Below are positions 1-8,190 of a stretch of DNA of 20,000 nucleotides, piece by piece. The notes beneath the pieces are model-generated. The model saw nothing but the letters and a program-made list of their open reading frames with translations, ran no database searches and was not told the DNA's origin. The position numbers were made by a program, and so were the translations under genes. Location: IMG/VR virus record IMGVR_UViG_3300042516_004060. The stretch is one strand, 5' to 3'. The number at the start of each line of letters is the position of its first letter. The stretch's first letter is position 1. The stretch comes from an uncultured virus (IMG/VR IMGVR_UViG_3300042516_004060) (Duplodnaviria > Heunggongvirae > Uroviricota > Caudoviricetes).

Positions 1-2
1 AA

Positions 3-2465
3 GATTTTTTAACGCGATATTCTACTAATAAATTTGCAAGCACTAAAGATTTTGATGAGGCTTATAAAAAACTGCTTACAGAAATAGAAAAATCAGTTGG
101 AATACCTTCATCAAAAATAGATTTTTTTCATAAAGGTGAAATACCATCTTCTACAAAGTTTAATAATTTTTCTATTAATATTTCAAATGATATTAATATA
201 GTTTCGAACCAACTAGATTCTTTAGTAGCTAACTATGTTAATTATTTTAACATGATAACAACTGAAGTTGAATCTGAAAAACAGTTTATGGACAGAATTA
301 AATCTAAGTTATCAGTTTTAGAAATGTATTCTGAAAGCTCGGCAAGCAACATATCGTATTTTGGCGATGCTTTAAACAATCTGGATCACGTAGATTCTCG
401 TAAAATACCGGCAGGATTAATGCCTAGTGTTGAAGGCGGTTTTGCATCTCTACCAAAAAAACAATTAAAAAAGAGTATGGCAAAAGTTTCAGTTGTAAAT
501 CAAAATTATAATGATAGACAAATAAAAGATGTTGCATTTGTAGACATTTCAAATGGACTATTTGGTAATCACTTTTTGTATTTTGATGATAACGCAAATA
601 ATAATCCATTTATATACGAAAAAGACTCGCCTGTAATTAGGACGAATCAAAATGCTATGGTAGACGAAAGCCCTGCGACATATTTTGAATATGAAGCCAT
701 AGATGTATTACAGCCAATACAGGAATCTCAACAGTATGAATTTCAATATAGGTCATCTAATTCTGGAGTTAATCAAAACTTAATTAACTGGGCTTCATTT
801 GACACTTCTCAATCACTTAAGTTGACAGTAATGCTTCAAACAAATTCTGTTTCTGGAGCTGATATTAATTATATATCTATAGTTCCATTTTTTGGGTATG
901 ATAGAATTGATTTAATTAAAAATATTAAAGTTTCTTCAATTAAATTGTATAATGAAAAAGATAATAAAGTTTTTGTTTTATTTGAAAATGAAAATATTTA
1001 TATAGGATCAGACATAGCTGCTCCAAATCTTTCATCAAAAAATAAATACTTCTACAATAAAGGAGTATTTAAATTCGAAAATATAAAGGCAAATAAAGTA
1101 TTTATCACTTTTGAGCAGCAATCTTTTAATAATGTTGATATTAAACACACATATTGGAAGCCATATGAAACAAGGCAATTAGCTAATACTCCTTTAACTT
1201 CATCGTCTTGGAAGAATCAAGATAGATTTGATCCACGCGGAATAGTTTCTGGTGACCCAACGATAAGAGTTGAAGATGTTTCATGGGATAGCTCTGTGGT
1301 AGTTCCATTTTTTTCCAAGCCATCAGAATATAAAAGCGCAGCTCAAGACTTAAGACCAGCAATTATTAAGTACTTACAGCAAACAAACAAAAATGTTGAC
1401 AGAGTAAAGTACACAGGAGTGCCTAACAATACTTATTACTACTACACTTCAAAAGATAATCTTAACGGATGCAATTTTAGAGTCTTTACTAAGGACAAAG
1501 CCCAAGCACTTAAAGATGGTTCAGCATCCTCTTCTGCCTCAACGGTAAAAACAAGAATATTAGAAGATCTATCTAATGAAAATGCAACAGGAAGAATCGC
1601 TATATTTGTTGACGGTACTGAAAATCTTTCTGAATATACTTCTTCTTTAAAAAATAAAATTGTTTCAAGCTCTACTTCAACTTTGGTTACAACTTTTATT
1701 ACCCAACAAACTCACGGATTAAGCGTTGACGATTATGTTTATATTAATATCAGTGCAGATTATGCAAAACAAATAAAGATGTCTCAGATTACAAGAAAAA
1801 AGTACAAGGTTACTGCAGTAAATGCGGGAGCTAAATCATTCTCTGTTGCAACTACAGCTGAAGATTATTCATCAGTTAATTTAGATAATTCATTTTTTTA
1901 TAAGATTAATAACACATTTACTGATGCAAATACATTGGTAGAAACATCTAGCGAAGCAGAATCTTCTTTATCTAATAAGTCTCTTTTTTTAAAGAGAAAT
2001 TTTGAATATCTTAAGGCAAAAAGAGCAGCAATTGGCATAAGAGATATATATGTTGGTAGTGAGAAGTATACTGATAGTTGCCAGTTAGTGTCTAAGCCAC
2101 ATTATATTTACGGATCACTCCAGATGCTGAGTCTTAATGTTGATGAATTCTTGCCTGTTGAAAGAGACTCTGCTGGTGAAATAATAGCTAAAACAAATAT
2201 AGACTATTATATAAGCGTTGACAATGGAGCCAGCTGGATAGATATATCTCCAATTCAAAGAAGTTTTGAGGGCAAACCAGAAGTAATTGCCTTTAATCAA
2301 AATCTATCAAATAACGCTGCAATACCTCAAGTAGCTTACTATAATTATCCTGAAGTTCCAAAAAATATTACGTCAATACTATTTAAAGCAGTAATGACTA
2401 AAGACAGGTCTTGCAATAGTACACCAATATTATACTCATACAAATTAGGCGTAAAGGTCATATAG
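3..2465 (+). CDS. Large putative virion structural protein (5'-truncated; the ORF is open from the window start)
   Basis: The frame of ORF 252..2465 has no stop from position 3 (DFLTRYSTNKF...NYFN-M, 83 extra aa), so the true start lies upstream. Ser/Asn/Thr-rich, beta-rich sequence. C-terminal IDYYISVDNGASWIDISP and TPILYSYKL resemble motifs in the neighbouring large ORFs. Structural role is inferred from composition and context. Confidence 0.7.
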   Translation, partial: DFLTRYSTNKFASTKDFDEAYKKLLTEIEKSVGIPSSKIDFFHKGEIPSSTKFNNFSINISNDINIVSNQLDSLVANYVNYFNMITTEVESEKQFMDRIKSKLSVLEMYSESSASNISYFGDALNNLDHVDSRKIPAGLMPSVEGGFASLPKKQLKKSMAKVSVVNQNYNDRQIKDVAFVDISNGLFGNHFLYFDDNANNNPFIYEKDSPVIRTNQNAMVDESPATYFEYEAIDVLQPIQESQQYEFQYRSSNSGVNQNLINWASFDTSQSLKLTVMLQTNSVSGADINYISIVPFFGYDRIDLIKNIKVSSIKLYNEKDNKVFVLFENENIYIGSDIAAPNLSSKNKYFYNKGVFKFENIKANKVFITFEQQSFNNVDIKHTYWKPYETRQLANTPLTSSSWKNQDRFDPRGIVSGDPTIRVEDVSWDSSVVVPFFSKPSEYKSAAQDLRPAIIKYLQQTNKNVDRVKYTGVPNNTYYYYTSKDNLNGCNFRVFTKDKAQALKDGSASSSASTVKTRILEDLSNENATGRIAIFVDGTENLSEYTSSLKNKIVSSSTSTLVTTFITQQTHGLSVDDYVYINISADYAKQIKMSQITRKKYKVTAVNAGAKSFSVATTAEDYSSVNLDNSFFYKINNTFTDANTLVETSSEAESSLSNKSLFLKRNFEYLKAKRAAIGIRDIYVGSEKYTDSCQLVSKPHYIYGSLQMLSLNVDEFLPVERDSAGEIIAKTNIDYYISVDNGASWIDISPIQRSFEGKPEVIAFNQNLSNNAAIPQVAYYNYPEVPKNITSILFKAVMTKDRSCNSTPILYSYKLGVKVI

Positions 2466-2468
2466 AAT

Positions 2469-4655
2469 ATGTCAATAGAAAATATACAGAAAAAAAGGTT
2501 CCTAGAAACAATCTATAAAATGTATTATGCCCTTGGCAGTGATCCATCTGATTCTGAAATATCTAATATTTATGGAAGATATTTTTCTAGATTCAATCCA
2601 GGATCTTCAGTTAACGTCCCGTATGAAGATTTAAACGGGCAGTCAAAGATAGATCAAGATACTCTCAATAAAATTATGGTACATATTATTTATAATATGG
2701 ATGTTTTATATGAATCTTTTTATGAACAGATAGAGGATTTATATTCTATTGTTAATTCTTATAACACCAGAATAGAATCTATCAAATCAAAAAGAGCAGA
2801 AATAGAAAAAAGAGTAGATGATCAATTATTTTCTTTAAGAAATACTGATGGATTTTATTACTCTGTTTCTGAGGCTTTTAATGATTTATCTAAAACAGAT
2901 ATCAACTTAACATCTGCCGTTGTAGATGTTGAAAATAGAAAGCTAGATATACCAAAGCTTAATTCTGGACTATTTAATTACGTAGGAAATGTTATCAGCA
3001 AGTCGTCAAATGCCGTTGTTGAAACCATATTTGAAGGTGCTGTAGTAAAAACTGAAAATATCTCAATGCAAAACGCTTTTAATGGGCTTAATAATTTTGA
3101 CTGGAGATACACATACCAATCGTCAACAATAGGTTTATGCACTATAAAAGTAACACTACCAATAAATAATTTAACGCAAAACGTATCTTTAATAGAAGGA
3201 AAAATTAATTCTATTAAGCCAGTAGATATAGCTGCAATAGTAGTTAATCCAGCTTCTAGATCAAATTCCCTTTCTTTTACAAAGTCAAATACTTTAGATT
3301 TTGATAGATTTTCTTTTTCTTTTCCAGCAATTTCTACAAGCTCAATTGAATTATACTTTACTAAATCAGAGCCAGATAGAGTTATTGCAGGGACTCAAGG
3401 AGTTACCTATTCTTACGATTTAAGGATAGACGAACTAGTAATATCTTCCCCATATTATGATTCTTCCGCTACCTACGTCAGCCTTCCAATAGGCTTGCCG
3501 AGTGATCAAAATGAAAATCTAATTATAGATAAAGTTGTTTTGGATACGAAAGACCAAGTTCCAACTGGATCTAGTGTTAAATATTACATAGCGCAGGATA
3601 AACCAGGAGCCAATAACATATATGACTATGATTGGATATCGATTTCTCCATCAAATGTAATAGATACAATTGATCCAGTTGTAGTTAATTTTTCTGGAAC
3701 CAACAAAACATCATCTTCAATTATAGATTCAGCTACTACATCATCCACTGTTTCTATGGGAAAGATTCCAAGACAAAGCTCATCAAATAATCCAATTGCT
3801 AATTATTATTATGAGTCAGATTCAAGTGAATTAGGATTTGATCTATATAGATTGGCAAAGTTTGCAGCTGGCATAAAGCCATATGACACCTATATTTTGG
3901 AAAACGTAGATTCTAATCAACTGACTATAGACATTGTTAATGGTCAAGAATTAGATAAAACTTCCTGGCAACAGATTTTGTCCGGAACAAGAACAGATAT
4001 AGTTTACACTTCTTTTACTAGAACTATTAATAATACTCAAGAGTTTTTTACTGCACAAAATATTCCATATGGAAGTATACGAATAGAAACTAATGTTATG
4101 GCAGAGCAAGACATTGCTATTACAGAAGCTTTCCTGAAGGATCTATCAGCTCAATATTGGGATGTTAAGATATATTTAAATGGAGTTGATTTAACAGCTA
4201 ATGAAATTCTTTCTGCTGGAATACTTTCCGCTAATATAACTTGGTCTTTTAAGAGGGGGCCAAATAACCTTGTTATTATTATTAATAAGTCATCTAATAA
4301 TACATCAGGAACAAACACAGCATTTAACGGCAGCATATCAATACTAGAAAATAGATCTATATTGTCATTAAATGGTATAAAATGTTATAAAAATTATTTG
4401 TATGAAGTAAAAACAGAAGATTTAAGAAATTACTATTCTAATAAAGACAATGTATTTTCTATTATACAATATGAAAATGTATACGAAATAGTATACAGAA
4501 GATCAGAAGAGATAATATCTGGTAGTAGAGTGTATTATAATTACAATACAGACAATGATGTAAGTTCGATTAGAGTAAGAGTAGATCTCTTTAGGGGATC
4601 AAACGTCTATACGGGTCCATCAATCAATTCGTATACAGTTAAGTTTAGGCATTAG
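2469..4655 (+). CDS. Large putative virion structural protein (728 aa), paralog of the upstream gene
   Basis: Long ORF 3 nt after the upstream stop. N-terminal helical/coiled-coil segment followed by a beta-rich body. VKYYIAQD...WISISP and terminal GPSINSYTVKF parallel the upstream protein. Confidence 0.7.
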   Translation: MSIENIQKKRFLETIYKMYYALGSDPSDSEISNIYGRYFSRFNPGSSVNVPYEDLNGQSKIDQDTLNKIMVHIIYNMDVLYESFYEQIEDLYSIVNSYNTRIESIKSKRAEIEKRVDDQLFSLRNTDGFYYSVSEAFNDLSKTDINLTSAVVDVENRKLDIPKLNSGLFNYVGNVISKSSNAVVETIFEGAVVKTENISMQNAFNGLNNFDWRYTYQSSTIGLCTIKVTLPINNLTQNVSLIEGKINSIKPVDIAAIVVNPASRSNSLSFTKSNTLDFDRFSFSFPAISTSSIELYFTKSEPDRVIAGTQGVTYSYDLRIDELVISSPYYDSSATYVSLPIGLPSDQNENLIIDKVVLDTKDQVPTGSSVKYYIAQDKPGANNIYDYDWISISPSNVIDTIDPVVVNFSGTNKTSSSIIDSATTSSTVSMGKIPRQSSSNNPIANYYYESDSSELGFDLYRLAKFAAGIKPYDTYILENVDSNQLTIDIVNGQELDKTSWQQILSGTRTDIVYTSFTRTINNTQEFFTAQNIPYGSIRIETNVMAEQDIAITEAFLKDLSAQYWDVKIYLNGVDLTANEILSAGILSANITWSFKRGPNNLVIIINKSSNNTSGTNTAFNGSISILENRSILSLNGIKCYKNYLYEVKTEDLRNYYSNKDNVFSIIQYENVYEIVYRRSEEIISGSRVYYNYNTDNDVSSIRVRVDLFRGSNVYTGPSINSYTVKFRH

Positions 4656-4662
4656 GAAGTTT

Positions 4663-5098
4663 ATGGGTAAGTTATTCTCTTTATTTAACAGAAGGCAAAA
4701 TGTTATACAGCCAGCTGTGACCAGGCAGAGGCAGCCTCTAAATGCTCCGATAAGCTCTCAAAATATTAACTTGTATTTTGATCAATTTGTTGTTGACATA
4801 TCTAGATTGGACAAAAATATAGAGAGCCTAAATGTCCTCTATGACGAGGCTGCAAACCTTCTCAATGCTAGACTGGACTCTGCAACTCCTCGGTTACTAT
4901 TACTACCAAGAAATGGACATGACTATTTATGGTCAAAAAATTTCATATGATAGAACATTAGACGAGTATGTAGTTGTTTCGGCAACGCCAAGTTATCTAA
5001 ATGATTTAAGTTTTTTTTCAAATCAAATTAATTCATCTAAAATACAAAATATGTCACAAAAATTAAACACTATAGAAAAAATAATTAACGCAGAATAA
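4663..5098 (+). CDS. Probable single ~144-aa gene split by a +1 frameshift at ~4891 (ORFs 4663..4950 and 4832..5098); putative structural protein
   Basis: SD-like AGGAAG before ATG 4663. The sequence reads tct gca act cct C ggt tac tat tac tac. Removing one base joins ...LDSATP to GYYYYQEMDM... and fills the space to the next gene. SATP recurs downstream (VSATPSY). Confidence 0.6.
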
Positions 5099-5108
5099 AT
5101 AGGTAGTT

Positions 5109-6377
5109 ATGTCAGAATTTATATATACACAAAAAAAACCACAACAATATCATGGACCATTTTCCAGTTCAGACTGGAACGAAAGAGTCGAGCAAAACTA
5201 TTCTGATCTTGTTTATTTATATAATAAATATGGAATTATTGATAAAAAAATAGCAGAATTAATTGAAAGAGTTATAAAAGATAATATTTTCTTAACAAAT
5301 GCTGTAAATGATCTATTTGATAGAATAAGAACTATTGAAAGTCAGTATACAAACCAAATATCTTTGTTCTCAAAAAGTCAGATAGATGCGTCTCCCTTTG
5401 TTGCCACATCTTACGCCCTTTCTTCTTCTGAAGCTTTAGATTACAATGATCAGTATAATCATTTAACACTGCCAGTAGTATCTGGCTCTTCGCATTCTAA
5501 GATAAAATTTATCAATGCCTCAAAAGGACAGGTAATTCCTGATTTCTTAGAAACAAGAATTGACACAAATGTTCCTGGTGGAGATGGAAATGGCGCAATC
5601 ATAGATACAACTCCAGTTGTAAATGCATTTCTAAATCAACCAGATAAAGTTTGGAGAAGAAACGTAATCTTGAACGCTCCAAATCCCCTTGGAGTTAGCC
5701 TCTACCTATACGTAAAGGTTCCCAGCTCTACTTCAATAGGCTCTACTATTTCAAACATGTTGACACTTTCTCCATATCCGTCAAATGGTGTAGACGTAGT
5801 CAAGGTAGAGTATACGACAAAGAGCAACCCCACCATGTCAGACGCTGATGTCTACACTCCATTAAATTCAACAGGTCTCTATGAAAATAACTACGATGCA
5901 GTAACAAAGATTCCGCCAGGAGGATGGTCAACAATTGGATCAGATACCTGTGTAAACTCAGGACCACTCTGTTTTTATTATGGAGATAAGTCAATTACAG
6001 CTTTTAGAATACTATTAAGACAAAAGAACTATGTTGTCGAAAATGCTAAGTATGTCTATACTTATGGTCTTTCTGATTTGGATATAAAATACAGTAAGTT
6101 TCTACCAAAGGGTAGGGCTTTTATTAAGTTTGATGCCCCAAGTGGTAAGACAATAGCTTCGATTACCAATGTGTCACCAAAGGCATATAATGTTTCTGAA
6201 ACAAATCTGTCTAGCGCCTTTTCTCATAGGGTTTTCTATAAATCTGGATCAAATTATGTACTGGTGAATCCAGGAACAAGCTCTACAGTTTATATTGAAG
6301 TTACTTTAAATATGCTAGAGGACAAAATACCACCTGTATTGTCAGATTTAATTATAGAAGCTGACTATAATACCTAA
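5109..6377 (+). CDS. Putative virion structural protein (422 aa), related to the upstream large proteins
   Basis: AGGT SD-like sequence before ATG. N-terminal GPFSSSDWN...DLVYLY plus coiled coil. YTYGLSDLDI and terminal PPVLSDLII echo motifs of the two larger ORFs. Confidence 0.7.
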   Translation: MSEFIYTQKKPQQYHGPFSSSDWNERVEQNYSDLVYLYNKYGIIDKKIAELIERVIKDNIFLTNAVNDLFDRIRTIESQYTNQISLFSKSQIDASPFVATSYALSSSEALDYNDQYNHLTLPVVSGSSHSKIKFINASKGQVIPDFLETRIDTNVPGGDGNGAIIDTTPVVNAFLNQPDKVWRRNVILNAPNPLGVSLYLYVKVPSSTSIGSTISNMLTLSPYPSNGVDVVKVEYTTKSNPTMSDADVYTPLNSTGLYENNYDAVTKIPPGGWSTIGSDTCVNSGPLCFYYGDKSITAFRILLRQKNYVVENAKYVYTYGLSDLDIKYSKFLPKGRAFIKFDAPSGKTIASITNVSPKAYNVSETNLSSAFSHRVFYKSGSNYVLVNPGTSSTVYIEVTLNMLEDKIPPVLSDLIIEADYNT

Positions 6378-6385
6378 TTGATTGC

Positions 6386-6413
6386 TTGAATAATTCATAA
6401 TTCTTTTTACTAT
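6386..6413 (+). promoter_or_regulatory. Putative sigma70-like promoter TTGAAT-N16-TACTAT
   Basis: Lies in the 70-nt intergenic gap upstream of a gene with a strong SD (AAGGAG). TTGAAT at 6386-6391 and TACTAT at 6408-6413. The AT-rich background lowers specificity. Confidence 0.4.
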
Positions 6414-6447
6414 ATATATAACATAGCGTACACCAAGGAGATTCAAA

Positions 6448-7071
6448 ATGGCTACTTTTTATGTAGGTCGCAGACCAGTTCTTAAAGGAAGAACTACAGC
6501 TGCAATGACCAACCCATACACCAGTATGACAGGCAAGGCTAAGGGCAACGGAACATATTCCTACTACCCTCTATATAGCACCAGTCACGTTTTGGATGGT
6601 GCTCCAGACAATCATCACGTTCCAGGCACTGGCTATCATCCTGGCAGCGTTTTGTTGTCGCAGCTTTTTAATGGTTCTACACTTTATGTCCATCCTCTTT
6701 CTGGCACATTCCCAGACGGTAAAGCAACTTACGATGGAGCAAGATTTAGACCACTTGAGTTTAAAGGTTTAACAGGAAACTCGGCTTTCCCATCTGGTTA
6801 TGGCCACGCTGACCGCACAACAAGCTATAGCCTCTATAGCAATTATATCTTTGATGGTGTAACATCTTCACAGATATTTGTGAATGTTGGACATGGCCCA
6901 AGAACTACAGGAATGGCAGCATCTTTCGAACTGTTTAGACCAGATGATGTTAGCCGAGTCCCTAGTGCTAGCGTTTTTACATCTGGATATGGACAGGCTA
7001 ATGTAACGAGTGATTATGGAAGAGAAAAAGTTCAAGAGTGGTACGGAGTACCATCTGCAAAAGCTCTCTGA
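6448..7071 (+). CDS. Gly/Tyr/Ser-rich protein with an internal repeat (207 aa), probably highly expressed or virion-associated
   Basis: Strong SD AAGGAG and higher GC than its neighbours. Repeated FRP...F.SGYG.A..T units. Confidence 0.75.
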   Translation: MATFYVGRRPVLKGRTTAAMTNPYTSMTGKAKGNGTYSYYPLYSTSHVLDGAPDNHHVPGTGYHPGSVLLSQLFNGSTLYVHPLSGTFPDGKATYDGARFRPLEFKGLTGNSAFPSGYGHADRTTSYSLYSNYIFDGVTSSQIFVNVGHGPRTTGMAASFELFRPDDVSRVPSASVFTSGYGQANVTSDYGREKVQEWYGVPSAKAL

Positions 7072-7333
7072 TTATTATTCGTCTCCAATCAATCTAGAAA
7101 AAGACGATAGAATATCAGGAACATATGCATGGCTTGGTGTTTTATCCATGGTCTTAGCTTATGATGTGTACGCTATAAAAACAAAAAAAGCAGAGACACT
7201 TACTAGATCTTTTTGGAGACTTACAGATAAACCACTAAAGAGCATTGTTCCTCTTACTGCGTGGGCGGCACTTAGTGTGCACCTTCTGTTGGAGAAAAAC
7301 ATTAGAAAAAAGAAATTTGGTACTTCAATATAA
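7010..7333 (+). CDS. Small membrane protein with two hydrophobic segments (start uncertain)
   Basis: AWLGVLSMVLAYDVYAI and IVPLTAWAALSVHLL flank ETLTRSFWR, followed by a basic C-terminus. The pattern recalls small membrane proteins of actinobacteriophages (recollection, unverified). Confidence 0.65.
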   Translation: MIMEEKKFKSGTEYHLQKLSDYYSSPINLEKDDRISGTYAWLGVLSMVLAYDVYAIKTKKAETLTRSFWRLTDKPLKSIVPLTAWAALSVHLLLEKNIRKKKFGTSI

Positions 7334-7371
7334 CATCTTCGTTGCTACTATGAAGACCTACAATTTATATG

Positions 7372-7380
7372 TGCTATAAT
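7372..7380 (+). promoter_or_regulatory. Extended -10 promoter element TGcTATAAT
   Basis: Perfect TGnTATAAT in the intergenic region at the boundary between the structural and nucleotide-metabolism blocks. No good -35. Confidence 0.55.
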
Positions 7381-7395
7381 CAATGAGCACAGAAA

Positions 7396-7434
7396 TTATT
7401 CCCGCCTCGTCAAAAGGGCGGGAATAAGTTTTTT
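7396..7434 (+). terminator. Rho-independent terminator
   Basis: Perfect 11-bp stem TTATTCCCGCC (7396-7406) / GGCGGGAATAA (7417-7427), followed by gTTTTTT. Confidence 0.8.
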
Positions 7435-7478
7435 AGAAGCAGTTTTATATCTTTAGATAGAGATAAAGAGGATTGATA

Positions 7479-8174
7479 ATGTCTATACAGTCTATGACAA
7501 CAGTGGTCGAAGATGGAACAATGCCACTTGACGTAGCAGAAAAATATTTAAGTTTGTACATAGGTGAATGCGATTGGAATTCCAAGATTGCTTACCTCTG
7601 GTCAACACAAAAGAAGAAGTTTAAAGATGAAGACTCAGCAAAAGAGTATGTGAAAAAGTCTGTAGCTTGCGCATGCCTTACTCTAATATATAATAAAACC
7701 GTTATACCTGAAGATAAATCATCACTATTGTTTTGGGTAGGTGGATGGCCTCAGTTTAATGAAAGAGATTGGTTCTCTATCTTTAGGGAAATAATTAAGA
7801 AAGATCTTGAAATAGATCAGCATAGAAAAGCTGTTATACAACTTGGAGTATTTGATTATATTGATATGTCTCCAATAACTCGTCAAGCCTACAACTGGCT
7901 ATATGATTTACTAGACAAGGAAAAATTTGATTCTCAAGAAAAAAGAGAAGAAGGCATACAAAAAATTAAAAACCTTGTAAAAATTTATGGTGGAGCAATA
8001 ATATGCAATCTTTTCACCAATCATCAAGCAAGCGTAGATAAAGTATTAAACTGGAAAAGTGGATATTTTATTGAAAGAGAAATATACAAAGTATATTCTG
8101 TAGATCAAATTATAAAGATTAAATCTGCAGAAATAAATAAAACAAATAAAAACTACATTAAAAATTTTAAGTAA
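7479..8174 (+). CDS. Hypothetical protein (~231 aa), predicted helical
   Basis: Long ORF. GAGG SD at 7468-7471 favours ATG 7479 over TTG 7473. No recognised motif. Confidence 0.8.
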   Translation: MSIQSMTTVVEDGTMPLDVAEKYLSLYIGECDWNSKIAYLWSTQKKKFKDEDSAKEYVKKSVACACLTLIYNKTVIPEDKSSLLFWVGGWPQFNERDWFSIFREIIKKDLEIDQHRKAVIQLGVFDYIDMSPITRQAYNWLYDLLDKEKFDSQEKREEGIQKIKNLVKIYGGAIICNLFTNHQASVDKVLNWKSGYFIEREIYKVYSVDQIIKIKSAEINKTNKNYIKNFK

Positions 8175-8190
8175 TAGAAAGAAGAAATTA

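Noticed and set aside
252..254. ATG 252 as the start of the first gene
   Set aside because: The frame is open to the window edge, and the upstream part carries the family's shared N-terminal motif.
7010..7333. Holin/lysis cassette call for the small membrane protein
   Set aside because: No endolysin or spanin is recognisable nearby. Hydrophobicity alone is insufficient.
6378..7478. tRNA or other structured RNA genes in the intergenic gaps
   Set aside because: No cloverleaf or T-loop consensus seen. Only the simple hairpin at 7396-7427 is present.
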